Numbered from the stretch's first letter, positions 23,648 to 35,059 are shown. The stretch is 64,000 nt of DNA from Felis catus (GCF_018350175.1 NC_058373.1:110300001-110364000), one strand, 5' to 3'. Program-made: numbers and translations. The notes: generated by a model from the sequence alone, not told the origin.

Positions 23648-25551
23648 GTAAGTCTCGACTGCACTGAGAATATAACCCAAGTGCATTAGTAGTTGAAATT
23701 CTTAAGAGAGAGAGAGAGATTGGTGTATGCTGCGTGTGCTCACTTTCAAGGGGGATTTTGAGCTGGTTTTCCCATGGTGACAGTATCTCTGCTGAGCTGT
23801 CCATACATCATTAGAACCCTGGCAAAACATATTAGAGTTAAAGACTGGTTTCTGGCCAAGAACGATCTTTGTGTACATGAACATGATGCGGCAGTGATTA
23901 TTACTGTTGAGTCAGTCATCCGTGCAAGTAATGGAGAAGCAACATACTGGCTTTCCTGAGCTGCTCCCAAACTGTGTTCTGTTTACATTTTGACTGCATA
24001 TCCTATTCAAAACATCGTGACTTCGTATTCAGGAAGATTTGACCATGTACAGTGGTAGACATAGGTTTGATTCCTAACCCCACCAATAGAGTGCTCTGGG
24101 GCCACAGCACTTTGCCTTGCCTCCGTAAGCCTTCCTCACCTGAGGATAAACCTACTTTCCATTAATTGTTGTCTGTGTTGATTTGTAAGAATGTATAAAG
24201 AAGGCCCTTAGAAGTGGTCACTGTTACGATTATTACTATTTTGACTACCATATGTGGTTCGTTGTTGTTGTTTATAACAGTGACCATTCCTTCTTCATTA
24301 TGGTTTCCTCGGGCAGCATGAATCCTTGGTATGCTCTGGCTATGCAGCCGTTGGGGGCCGCCAGCCTAGGATTTAACGTTGGCTCCAGATCAGCCTCAGC
24401 ACAGAGGACTAGGGAGGAGCGAGTTGAAATTCAAATGTCTCTGTGCACTTTTAATCATCCTCTTCTAGAGAAACCAGAAGCGGCGGTGGGCATCACTGAA
24501 TTAGTCCGCCAAGTGCCCACCGTGTCTAAGAATGGATAGTGCTAGATAATTGGAGAAGCTTCTGCCGGTATACGATCAGGCCCAAGTCATTTGATAGCGG
24601 GCTGCCATGCCCAGTTCAGCAGCTCTTCCTCTTGCTTAGTAAGCAGCTGTCAGTTTTAATCTGCCCCTCTGTGATGCGGAATAAGACCTGACAGTCGTGG
24701 GGAGAGGGAGGGACCCCAGCACCTCACCTTTGCTTTGTATCCAGGGCCACATGGTTTGGCCTCCCCAGCATTGATGCTTGTGTTCCTCCCCTGGCCAGTT
24801 TCAAAAGCCTCCACCCTTTTCTGTGTGCCTGGAACCAGGCGTGTCACCAGAAATCTGAAGGGCGGGGGGGCGGGGGCGGTATTTTTTTCATTCCACGCAA
24901 GTAGGCCATATGGACACAAACCAAAGAAAGCATGGCTTTACTAAAAAGGATACCTTTATTTTTGGAAAGTCCTGAGATAATAGGCCAGTCAGCTCTGCAC
25001 TAACAGAAGAGTCAATATGTGCAGTGAAAGATAAATGCTCAGTAATGAATGACCCCCGGAGGCAGATTTGTCCTCTGTGTTTCCAATTCTGGGGATAATC
25101 TGCCAACCAGCTCCACAGAGTGACGAGGAGGGATGACTAAATTTTGTAAAACACTCTGCAAAAGCGAAAGTGTGCACCCAGTAACAGCCTGGCAGCTCAG
25201 CGGTGGTTTTTAGCTTTTTTTTTTGCATGTTTCATTTGAGAAGTGTTAGGAAGCCCCAAATTAGGCTGTTTTATTTCCAATACTGACCTCTCCCCTGCTC
25301 CCCCCCACCAGTCTTGGTCTTTACTAAGGCTTTATTTCTGCCGTTAGCTCTGCTATAAATGCACCCAATAAAGAATCTCCATATTAATATTAATAATCAT
25401 TATATTAAAAATAATTATTAATCGTGTAATATTAATATTAAAAGGAAAGGGGTCCCATATCTTCATTTCCTACCTGTTCCTATGAACCAAGATACTCTTC
25501 ATACAGCCTTTGAAATTTATAAGTGGTAACATAAAAATCGGTTCATTCTAG

Positions 25552-25666
25552 GTAAAGCTGCTGCTATCCCCAGGCACTGACGGTGGCAAAGAAGGTGCCA
25601 GAGCCTTGAATGGCAGCTCACAGCAGGAAGACGAGGGACTTGCTGCCCTCACTGGGCAGCAGTCAG
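25552..25666 (+). CDS. SYNE2: SYNE2 coding exon VKLLLSPGTDGGKEGARALNGSSQQEDEGLAALTGQQS(G)
   Basis: CTAG|GTA acceptor, CAG|GTACAG donor, 115 nt (phase 0 to 1); required to bridge phases of neighbouring exons; not in the ORF track. Confidence 0.88.
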
Positions 25667-25844
25667 GTACAGATAAATTAGGCCGTTGTTAGGACAGGTC
25701 AAGGCTATATTTTGGGTCAGCTGAGCATTTAATTTAAGTCATTGCTCAACAGAACATTAATTAAGAATTGACCAACTGTAATCCACCAAAACGGCTAAAC
25801 TTAGTCTACGGCAGCCATTGTTATTTTCGAATCAGCTGACTTGT

Positions 25845-26500
25845 AGGGCACCTCACTGGCTCAGTGAGTAGAACATGCGATTCTTGATCTTGGGGTTGTG
25901 AGTTTGAGCCCCACGTTGGGTGTGAAGATTACTTAAAAAAATAAAGTTTTAGGGGCGCCTGGGTGGCGCAGTCGGTTAAGCGTCCGACTTCAGCCAGGTC
26001 ACGATCTCGCGGTCCGTGAGTTCGAGCCCCGCGTCGGGCTCTGGGCTGATGGCTCAGAGCCTGGAGCCTGCTTCCGATTCTGTGTCTCCCTCTCTCTCTG
26101 CCCCTCCCCCGTTCATGCTCTGTCTCTCTCTGTCCCAAAAATAAATAAACGTTGAAAAAAAAAATTTTTTTTTAAATAAAAAAATAAAAAAATAAAAAAT
26201 AAAGTTTTAAAGCAAAAACAGAATCAGCTGACTTGTATTTACAAATTCCTAGGCTTTTTACTTGCAAAACTATTCTTTTTTTTTTTTTTTTTTTTTAATG
26301 TTTATTTTTGAGAGAGAGACACCAAGACAGAGTGTGAGCGGGGTTGGGGCAGAGAGGTAGACACAGAATCCAAAGTAGGCTCCAGGCTCGGAGCTGTCAG
26401 CACAGAGCCTGACACAGGGCTCGAGCCCACAAACTACAAGGTCATGACCTGAGCCGAAGTTGGATGCTGATGCTCAACCGACTGAGCCACCCAGGTGTCC
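25845..26500. mobile_element. Short + SINE (25845-25950) with a very young SINEC_Fc in its tail (25952-26208), then an antisense SINE (26276-26500)
   Basis: CpG-intact young copy; TSD AAAAATAAAGTTTTA. Confidence 0.9.
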
Positions 26501-26533
26501 TTCAAAACTATTCTTTAAATATTGACCATTGAG

Positions 26534-26660
26534 GGGGGTTATGGGAAGGGGGATGGGCTAAATGGGTAAGGGGCATTAAGGAGTCTACTGCTGAAATCAC
26601 TGTTTCAGTATATGCTAACTAATTTGAATGTAAATTTTAAAAAAGAAAATTAAAAAAGAA
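26534..26660 (+). mobile_element. Severely 5'-truncated felid L1 (L1_Fc-type) 3' end
   Basis: GGGATGGGCTAAATGGGTAAGGGGCATTAAGG...TATATGCTAACTAA + A-rich tail; 17-bp TSD AAATATTGACCA(T/A)TGAG (26517-26533, 26661-26677). Confidence 0.8.
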
Positions 26661-27140
26661 AAATATTGACCAATGAGCCTCATATGAAGTGCATATTTTA
26701 ATGTCACTTGTATATAAAGATCAGACAGGAAGATGATGTCCAAAGAGCAGTCAGGTGGCTCCTCTTGAGACCAGTTCAATGATTATAAAAGTAATTATTC
26801 TACTAAGCCAAAAGTCGAACTGATAGAATTGACCCGATCATTCATGAACCAGAAGAGAAAGTGCCGGAAAACAGCATAAACTAAACTGCTGAACATTGGA
26901 CTGCAGTACATGTTGGCACCATGTTGGGTCTCATAGCCCGTTCCGTACCTCATCCCAGCCTTTGTGGGAGGGTGGTGGCACCGGCCTTGAACCACAGCAA
27001 GGGGACGGCGAGGACTCCTGAAGCCAAGCCTCCTGCAAGGAGCATCCCCTTCAGGTTTTGCCATCCTGACCCTGGACTAGCTGGAGACCGGGAAATCTGT
27101 TGGGGCTACTGCTTCTTTTTACTGCGACTTTTTATTCCAG

Positions 27141-27343
27141 GCGCCTTTGACAGATGGGAGCTGATTCAAGCACAAGAACTTCACAATCAACTCAGGATGA
27201 AACAAAACTTGCAACAGCTCAATTCCAAGATCAGCGACATCACCACTTGGCTGAAAAAAACGGAAGCAGAGCTGGAAATGTTAAAGATGGCAGAACCTCC
27301 CTCTGATATCCACGAAATGGAGCTCAGAGTGAAGCAGCTCAAG
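27141..27343 (+). CDS. SYNE2: SYNE2 coding exon (G)AFDRWELIQAQELHNQLRMKQNLQQLNSKISDITTWLKKTEAELEMLKMAEPPSDIHEMELRVKQLK
   Basis: TTCCAG|GC acceptor, AAG|GTGAGG donor, 203 nt (phase 1 to 0). Confidence 0.95.
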
Positions 27344-28376
27344 GTGAGGGGGAGGTGTGGAGGGAAGAGGGATCCAGAACGTGCATGTGGATGCTCGCTG
27401 TGCAGGACCAGCAGGTTACACCTGTCAGCGGTGTAGGTGGCAGGCTGCAAGCAGGTGTAGTGCTCAGTCTGTCCCGTTCCACTACTGTAACGGGCAAGGA
27501 CGCAGATGTAGGTTTTTGTTTCCATGCAGAAGATCATCTGCACATGATCCCAAAGCCCCCAGCGGTGCTGGGGAGGTGCATCTCAGATCCCCTGTGCTGG
27601 AAAGATCTGACTTCAGAGACCCCTCTAGACTCATAAGGAGGTGCTAGTGGGCACCACCAGGCAGCTGAAAAACGCCCTTCCAAACTGTGCAATCCAGGCT
27701 GGTGGGGGAGCATTGAGAATGGGGGCGGGGGGAAGATCAGCTCACCTGCTGATGAATTCTGTGGCCTGATGTAGCTACTCTGTTACCCAGTTAGAATTTG
27801 TCACCCACATAGTCGGCCGTTGCCCCACTAGAACTAGCCAGGGAGCGGGGAGAGGCAATTGGAGCCCTGTGCTTTGGCCGGGGGGGAGGGGGGGCCTGAG
27901 CCTGAGCTCCTAAGACAACCCAGGGCAGGGGTTTAGGGTACCCAGGCAGTCTTCACATGGGTATTAGTATTTTACTTTGTGCATCACTATATCTGGGTTA
28001 ACTATTCACCCTAAGTAATAATACTTCTGTGATATCGAGGGATTCATGCAGGTTAACTACATGTACTTTATCTGAAAGACTTCTAATGTGGTCCAGAAAT
28101 AAGCCAACCAGGACTCGGCAGGGTCTACTCATGCCTGTGGCTGAGTCGACCAGCCAGGAGCCGGGCCTCTACTCTCAGCCTGGCCAGCCAAGGTCACTGA
28201 CCTTGTGAGGCAGCTCCTCACCTGATACCGCCCAGCCAGTTGAAAGCAAGTTGGCTCTTGCTTCTGCCGCCACAGCTCAGAGAAGCCTTTGGCAGATCCG
28301 TTCCCTGCTGAGGTTCAAATGAACCCCACATCGCTATTTTCAGAATGCCTGACCCAGTCTTTTCCCTCTGCGGTAG

Positions 28377-28577
28377 GAAATACTAAAAGCCTTTGACACC
28401 TACAAGGCTCTAGTGGTCTCCGTCAACATGAGCAGTGAGGAATTTCTGCAGACTGAGAGCGCGGAGTCCAAAGAGCTCCAAGGTCGCGTCGGCCAGCTGG
28501 CGCTGCACTGGGACGCGGCACAGGGCGCGGTGGAGAGCTGGAGAGCGGGCTTACGGAGGGCTCTCATGCAGTGCCAG
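28377..28577 (+). CDS. SYNE2: SYNE2 coding exon EILKAFDTYKALVVSVNMSSEEFLQTESAESKELQGRVGQLALHWDAAQGAVESWRAGLRRALMQCQ
   Basis: GTAG|GAA acceptor, CAG|GTACGC donor, 201 nt. Confidence 0.95.
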
Positions 28578-28889
28578 GTACGCCGGCCCCCAGGCCCAGC
28601 CCACATGAGTGGGAGAGGCAGATATTTTTATCCTAGTCAGGATGCTTTGGCACACAAACACGGCTTGTGTTAGGAAACATGTGCTTTATCGTTTTGTTTC
28701 CAAGAGGCTCAGCTGCTGTCCCGCCCTGTGTCTCCTGCTCTGCTGCCCCGGCCCATTCTTAGCATAAGGGTTCCAGCGAACATTCCAGTAGGTCAGAAAT
28801 GCCGCCCCACACTGCCCCATCTCTGTCCTTTTGCCAGGAGGACCGTATGTATAGCAGGGCGATTAAGAGACCTGGCTCAGAACAAGGAG

Positions 28890-29050
28890 TGGTTTAACCC
28901 AACCCTAGAGCTTTAGTAGCTGTGCGACTCTGAGCAAATCACTGTGCCGGCTAGACCTCTGTTTTCTCATCTGAAAAATGGGAATCATGTTAGTCCTTAC
29001 CTCACAAGGTAATCTTAGCCCAGCCCTCCGCACATGGTAAATGCTCATCC
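28890..29050 (+). mobile_element. MIR remnant
   Basis: CTCTGTTTTCTCATCTGAAAAATGGGAATCATGTTAGTCCTTACCTCACAAGG is MIR-like. Confidence 0.7.
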
Positions 29051-29482
29051 TGTGTGAGCTCTGACCCCATCTCTGGGAACGCGAGCCCCACCAGCAAGAC
29101 CCCGTGCCCATGTGTCCCTGGGCCACGGCCTGTCCTGTTGGGGTGTCTCCCTTTGCAGCTGAATCCAGATTTGTGGAGTCGTTTGTGTGGTCTTTCTGTG
29201 TCATAGCAGGTGTGGCGTTGTGAAGCCCGGCCTTTCTGCTAGCACTCGTCAGTCGACATGCATCACGCCTCCTGGGACTGTGCCACCTGCATCCTCTTTG
29301 TGGCTTTCCCTTTTCCTTGTTTGGGGGCCCTGGCATTTAGTTTAAATCTGGCCCTTTTATTCATCGGATAAAGACCAGAGCAAATACTGTGAAGGCCCAA
29401 CACATCAAGCTGCTTCTCAGCACACCTGCCCTCAGAGAAAGGGCAATACTGTGACGTGTTGTGTGTGTGTGTGTGTTTAAAG

Positions 29483-29611
29483 GACTTCCACCAGTTGAGT
29501 CAAGATCTGCTACTGTGGTTAGCGAGTGCTGAGAGCCGGAGGCAGAAGGCTCGTGTCACGGACCCAGAGGCAGACCCCCAGGTGCTCCTGGAGTGTCAGG
29601 AAGAACTGATG
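29483..29611 (+). CDS. SYNE2: SYNE2 coding exon DFHQLSQDLLLWLASAESRRQKARVTDPEADPQVLLECQEELM
   Basis: AAAG|GAC acceptor, ATG|GTAAGT donor, 129 nt. Confidence 0.93.
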
Positions 29612-30124
29612 GTAAGTTTCCTCCTAAGGGGTCCTGCACTGCCGCTGGCCCCTGGCAGGTGAGGACTCAGGGAGCTGCCCCTCGTGTTTCTTAGAACAAT
29701 GCCAGCGTGATGTTTTGCTCTCGTGTTCCAGTTGGTATCAACTACTAAGCATCCCTTTGTAGTAGTTCTGAAGCAGGATGGCTTACAGAGATGAAGGGCC
29801 AGGGCTAAAAGCAGGAAGTCCTTAAGACTCTCGGGAACGGGGGACGTAGGGGTTTAGCAATATCCTGAGAAACATAAGGCCGTTTGATTAGAAGTATTTT
29901 CTCCTTTGTGAATATCAGGACTCCCTGGGGGAAAATATGCTCAATTACTCCACAGACACAATGAGCTATATGAGTTTTCTAAATCTGCTATTGAAAAGTC
30001 TTATTTCTTGAAGGGCAGTTGTGTTTTCGTGTATTTATTTCACTAACCAGGTGACTTTCTTAGCCATAAGTTTGTAGGTGATTCAGTTATAAACAGTTTA
30101 AAGTACCGGTCATTATTTTAAAAG

Positions 30125-30535
30125 CTTTTTTTTTCAATGTTTGCTTAAAGAGAGAGGGAGAGAGAGAATCCCAAGCAGGTTCTGCACCATCAGTGCAGAG
30201 CCCAATGCAGGGCTCAGTCCCACGAACCATGAGATCACGACCTGAGCTGAAAGCAAGAGTTGGACACTCACCTGTCTGAGCCACCCAGGTGCCCCTTAAA
30301 AAACATGTTTATAGGGGTACCTGGGTGGCTCAGTCAGTTGAGCGTCTGACTTCAGCTCAGGTCATGATCCCATGGGGTTTGTGGGATCAAACCCCACATC
30401 AGGCTCTGTGCTGACAGCTCAGAGCCTGGAGCCTGCTTTGGCTTCTCTCTCTCCCTTTCTGCCCCTCCCCCACTCACATTCTGTCTCTCTCAAAAATAAA
30501 CATTAAAAATTTTCTTAATAAAAATAAAAAAAAAT
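30125..30535. mobile_element. Head-to-head Can-SINE pair (-30125-30295, +30314-30535)
   Basis: Opposite-orientation SINE heads ~19 bp apart. Confidence 0.88.
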
Positions 30536-30573
30536 TTTATGCTAAAATCTTTGTAAAGCCCCACTCTCAAGAA

Positions 30574-30751
30574 GAGTGCCGTCCAGTAAACTTTCTGCAG
30601 TGAAGAAGATGTTCTATATCTGCACTGTCCAGTCCGATAGCTACTAGCCACAGGTGGCTGTTGAGCACTTGAAACGTGGCTATTGTGGCTGAGACTGAAT
30701 TGTAATTTTAAATCGCCACATGTTGTGTAGTGGCTACCAAAAGGGACAGCA
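30574..30751. mobile_element. MER3-like hAT-Charlie MITE
   Basis: GTTCTATATCTGCACTGTCC...CTAGCCACAGGTGGCTGTTGAGCACTTGAAACGTGGCTA...GCCACATG...GTGGCTACC matches MER3 layout from memory. Confidence 0.75.
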
Positions 30752-31154
30752 AGCAAGGTAATCAACCACACAGGCTGATTCACCAGACACATGCCTCTAT
30801 TCCTATAAAGTATGCTTAAGCTGCTGTTTCTCAACTTACCCAATTTAGATTTTTTCCTTGACTTTGCTACTGCGGTGGACAAAGGTCTAGTCTTCCCCTC
30901 ACTTCTTCCAACTCCTCCAGCCTCAAGTTGTCTTCAGAATGAGAAGGAGTGGAAAATAGGGGCAGGGTGTCACCTACTTGCTGCCCAAATGATGCCAGAC
31001 TTGCAGACACACCCAGGTACATAGCTAGTAGAATGTTCTGGAGTTGACCACCACCCATCGTCCATCCCGGAACTGTCCTGGCACTAAGCAAGCGCTATCT
31101 GGCCACAGTAAGCAGCGGCTATTTTTATTTGTATTTCACACATTTTATTTTTAG

Positions 31155-31346
31155 CAACTGAAAAAGGAGCTCGTGGAACGTGAACCTCAAGTAAACACCT
31201 TACAAGAGCTTTCAAACAGCCTTCTTATTAAGGGGCATGGCGAAGACTACATTGAGGCTGAAGAGAAGGTACATGTTATTGAGAAGAAACTCAAACAGTT
31301 ACTTGAGCAAGTGTCCCAAGACTTAATGTCCTTGCAGGGCAGCCAG
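31155..31346 (+). CDS. SYNE2: SYNE2 coding exon QLKKELVEREPQVNTLQELSNSLLIKGHGEDYIEAEEKVHVIEKKLKQLLEQVSQDLMSLQGSQ
   Basis: TTTTAG|CAA acceptor, CAG|GTGAGT donor, 192 nt. Confidence 0.95.
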
Positions 31347-32119
31347 GTGAGTCCACTTGTGGCTTTTAAATACGTGTGGTATCAGATGCCAACAGGAAAG
31401 CAGAATGGCCGGCCTCGCTGTGGGGCACAGGCTATAAGCACGTGGTCCGAGTGGCGCCTCGAGTCCCGCCCCTTCTACCTGGGCGGCCTTAAAAAGTTAC
31501 ACCAGCTCTTTGACACGGTTCTGTCCTTTACAAGAGGGAGACAACAATATGGTACCTACCTGTTCGTATGGCTGGCGTGTGAAAAACCAGTCTGACCCCT
31601 CTAGCATTTCTGTCTTTCCTTCATGCGGAGTAGACTTGAGAGTACTCCTTCACCGTCCAGGGCGCTCTCTGCTGCCCACTCTCTCATTTTTCTACTTTCT
31701 TGTCTTTAAAATGTGATCCAACTCAGAACGAATCGATAGCCATACCATGGCTTCACCAGACTTGAGGGAGGCCCACCCCTCCATTCTAGAGTGACATTTC
31801 TACCTGTACAGCCAAGGCTGTAGTGTGTTGATGGCCACATGATCCTTCAGCACATCTGGCAAGCTGTCAACCCTTGATGCAGCTAAACTCGGTCTCCCCC
31901 CATGTGTGCTATGGGTTTTTAATGCTGTGCTTGGCCTTGCCTTGTTTACATTCCTTTCTGACTGGAGAAGTCTGTGTTAAAGGGCTCTCTCTTCCAGAAA
32001 GATTTGAGCTGGGGGAGGGGTGAGCAGAGCAGTGAAACTGCATGAAGCACGTTTTGCGCTCTTGAGATTACTCAGAACCTCTGTTTCCCTGAACTGAACC
32101 CTTGGGGTGTGGATTTCAG

Positions 32120-32206
32120 AACCCAGACCCATCTCTGCCCAGCTTGGACGAGGTAGACTCTGGAGACGAGCCTCCAGCTGCATCCACACCAGCTCCCCAA
32201 GCCAAG
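32120..32206 (+). CDS. SYNE2: SYNE2 coding exon NPDPSLPSLDEVDSGDEPPAASTPAPQAK
   Basis: TTTCAG|AAC acceptor, AAG|GTGAGA donor, 87 nt. Confidence 0.85.
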
Positions 32207-32568
32207 GTGAGAGCCCCTTTCTGCCCCGAGAAGCACGCTGGTTATTTTTCGAAGTTACTGAGATGACAGGAACTGGAGACTCCACCCCCCAGTAGGCTGT
32301 GAAAGATGGGAGCCCTTCTAGTGTTGTTGAAGGGGCTTCCTGATCTCTCCCCATTAACAACAGATCAACAAACTGGACCGCGAAGCTCTTGTTACTTTAA
32401 CCCAATGATTTCTTACCTCCTGGAGTATAATGTCAAATGTATTTGTCTGGTTTCAAAAGCTTGGCAGAAAGATGAGCTAAGGAAGGTGTATAATTTAAGA
32501 AGGAAGGAGGTTTTATCATGGACAGGACTAACCAGTCTTCACTTACTAACTGGGTTGTTTCTATCCAG

Positions 32569-32618
32569 CAGTTTGGAGCAGAGAGGATGACGAAAGACCA
32601 GAACAAGGCGGACAGCAG
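32569..32618 (+). CDS. SYNE2: SYNE2 penultimate exon QFGAERMTKDQNKADS(R)
   Basis: TACTAAC branch point (32544-32550), CAG|CAG tandem acceptor, CAG|GTAGGG donor; 50 nt (phase 0 to 2), needed to put the KASH exon in frame. Confidence 0.85.
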
Positions 32619-32922
32619 GTAGGGGGATGCAGTCACAGAAATGAGTCCTCTGTTCCACACACACACACACACACGCACACACACACACACCTCACCAGTC
32701 TTGCCAATGCCACACTCCAGGTGTTTGTAAGAACCCAGTTGACTTGTTTTCTTCAGTCTGGAAAGGGGCTGGGCTGCTCTTCCAGGACTGACCCTCAGTC
32801 GTGGGCACCCACTTTCACGTCAGGCCCCGGATGTCTCACCTAACGCAGGCAGGGGTCAGGTAGCTCGAGGGGGTGCGGCGTCCGGAACCTCCTGCTCACC
32901 CCTTCACCTGGTCTGTTGGCAG

Positions 32923-33136
32923 GGTGCCCGGCCCCGGCAGCTCGCGGCCACGGCGCTCCTTCCTGGCGCGGGTGATCAGGGCGGCGCTGCCCCTGCAGCT
33001 GCTCCTGCTGCTGCTGCTGCTCCTGGCCTGCCTGCTGCCCTCCTCGGAAGAGGACTACAGCTGCACGCAGGCCAACAACTTCGCCAGGTCCTTCTATCCC
33101 ATGCTGAGGTACACCAACGGGCCGCCCCCCACCTAG
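32923..33136 (+). CDS. SYNE2: SYNE2 terminal coding exon: transmembrane helix + KASH domain ending YTNGPPPT*
   Basis: GCAG|G acceptor; [53 protein letters not shown] diagnostic of nesprin-2 KASH; TAG 33134-33136. Confidence 0.97.
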
Positions 33137-33995
33137 ACGCCCCGCCTGGCCTGCGGCACCTCACCACCGCCTGGCTTCGCGGGTGCCTGACCTGGCCCCT
33201 GCCCCATCAGGGGCGGCCGGGCTGGGATCTCGCCGCGGACACCGCCCTCCAGGCTGGCCGGAGAGGGCTTCCGAATGACATTCTGCCCTGGGGGCAGGGA
33301 GCCGGGCAGCGGGCGCCCCAGGCAGTTTGACAAAGCTCATTGATGGGTCTGGGATCTCTGGAAACTGCAGCTGCCTGAAGAGCCGAGCTCTCCGCGAATT
33401 CCGATTTGAAAAACGACATTATTAAAATGTACCTACTCTGCTCAACGAACAGTAGCGTTCACCCCACGTTACCGAAACACGCTAGCGGATTCCACCTTAG
33501 AAATGGTTCAGAAACTCACGTGCACCCTTAGCTGGTTGACTGAAACAATCATATTTAAGAGATTTAGAATTAATTTTACTCCAATCAGCTAGCAATCTTG
33601 AGCTACAGGTTATAAACCAAAATGTTCTGTTCTGTACTTAGGTCTGCTCTTTTATATTGCTTTAAATTTTTAAAGAAATTATATTGCATGGATGTGGTTA
33701 TTTGTGCATATTTTTTAACAATGCTGGATCTGTATGAATAATGTAAACTTTGATTTTTTTAAAAGAATCAGATTTTAGCTTGACCTTTTGACTAATGTAC
33801 AGTAAATGCCAAACTACTTGATAGGGATGTTTTTGTAAGTTAATTTTATAAGACTTTCACATTTAAAGTGATGCTTCAGGTTTTGTTTAGCTGTTTGGCC
33901 ACGGGGGGGAGGGAGGTTGTTACAGAAACTTGAAGCTATTTGTGGTATGTACAATTCAAATGTTTCTCATTAAAACAACCATACAAATACCCATA
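33137..33995 (+). other. SYNE2: SYNE2 3' UTR with likely poly(A) signal ATTAAA at 33969-33974
   Basis: GC-rich then AU-rich UTR; TGTA upstream (~33948), ATTAAA, T/GT-rich downstream element; end position estimated. Confidence 0.65.
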
Positions 33996-34081
33996 CTTTT
34001 GTTGCACTGGATTATATTACAAGTGTTATGTATAACCTTCTATAGAACAAAAATTATTTCTAAAATATTTGCTGGGGGGAG

Positions 34082-34753
34082 GGTGCACCTGGGTGGCTCA
34101 GTCGGTTAAGCGTCTGATTTCAGCTCAGGTCATGATCTCAGGGTTTGTGGGTTCAAGCCCCACATAGGGCTCTCTGCTGCCAGCCTAGAGCCTGCTTTAG
34201 ATCCTCTGTCCCCCTCTTCTGCCTCTCCCCACCTTGTTCTCTCAAAGTAAACTTTTATTTTTGAGAAAGAGAGCGGGAGGGGGAGGGGCAGAGAGAGGGG
34301 GAAACACAGAATCCAAAGTAGGCTCCAGGCTCTAAGCTGTGGTGGGGGAGTCCCCTCCGTAAGGAATGTGGTAAAAAAACAAACCCTCAAGATAAGGGAA
34401 GGCAACCTGGCTGCGTGCATACGTGACATCCCTCATGACCCTGTAACATGAGACCATCCAATCAGACTGTATGTCTATACATTACCCATATATGGGAGAC
34501 AAGCAGAAAATGCATAAAAGGCTACACCACCCGGGCGTCCGGGCTCACTTTTCGGTACGAACCCAACTGAGCCCGTGCTAGCACAAATAAAGTTGCTTCC
34601 TGGAAAGAAAAGCCGCGGTGTTAGGGCTCTCTGTACAAGAAACCTGCTACACTGTCAGCACAGAGCCGGAAGCGGGGCTCAAACACACAAACCGGGAGAT
34701 CATGACCTGAGGCAAAGTCAGACGCTTAACCGACTGAGCCACCCAGGTGCCCC
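34082..34753. mobile_element. + Can-SINE (34082-34252) with a - strand SINEC_Fc inserted in its tail (34253-34753), itself split by an LTR
   Basis: TSD-like TAAACTTTT both sides of the inner SINE; the inner SINE is split at GCTGT|CAGCAC. Confidence 0.88.
34341..34651 (+). mobile_element. Solo ERV LTR (311 bp), probably ERV1/gamma-like
   Basis: 4-bp TSD CTGT (34337-34340, 34652-34655); ends ...CTACA; U3-R-U5 order of CCAAT (34458), CATAAAAG (34513), R hairpin, AATAAA (34586). Confidence 0.8.
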
Positions 34754-35059
34754 AATAAATAAACTTTTAAAAAATATACATTTGGGGGATTTATTGGTTT
34801 TAATTCCAAGCCTTTATATTATTTAACTTTGTACAGAATAACTTGTGAGATCTAAACTCCCACAACCTGCATATGTAGAAATTACCCAGTGTGTGTCCCC
34901 CTAGTGCTGTAGGGAGTAATGAGGGCAGCATGGTGGGGAAGGTGGGTACAAAGGAAAGGATCATTTCACCCAGATTTTTCTATTCCCAGCTCTCTCCAAA
35001 GCGAACAGATTTTAAATGTTACAGGGATTAGAAGTCGCTAAACCAGTTCCTGGGTTAAC

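Noticed and set aside
25367..25445. Intronic AATAAA with AT-only stretch as alternative SYNE2 poly(A) site
   Set aside because: No GU-rich downstream element; likely low-complexity chance match
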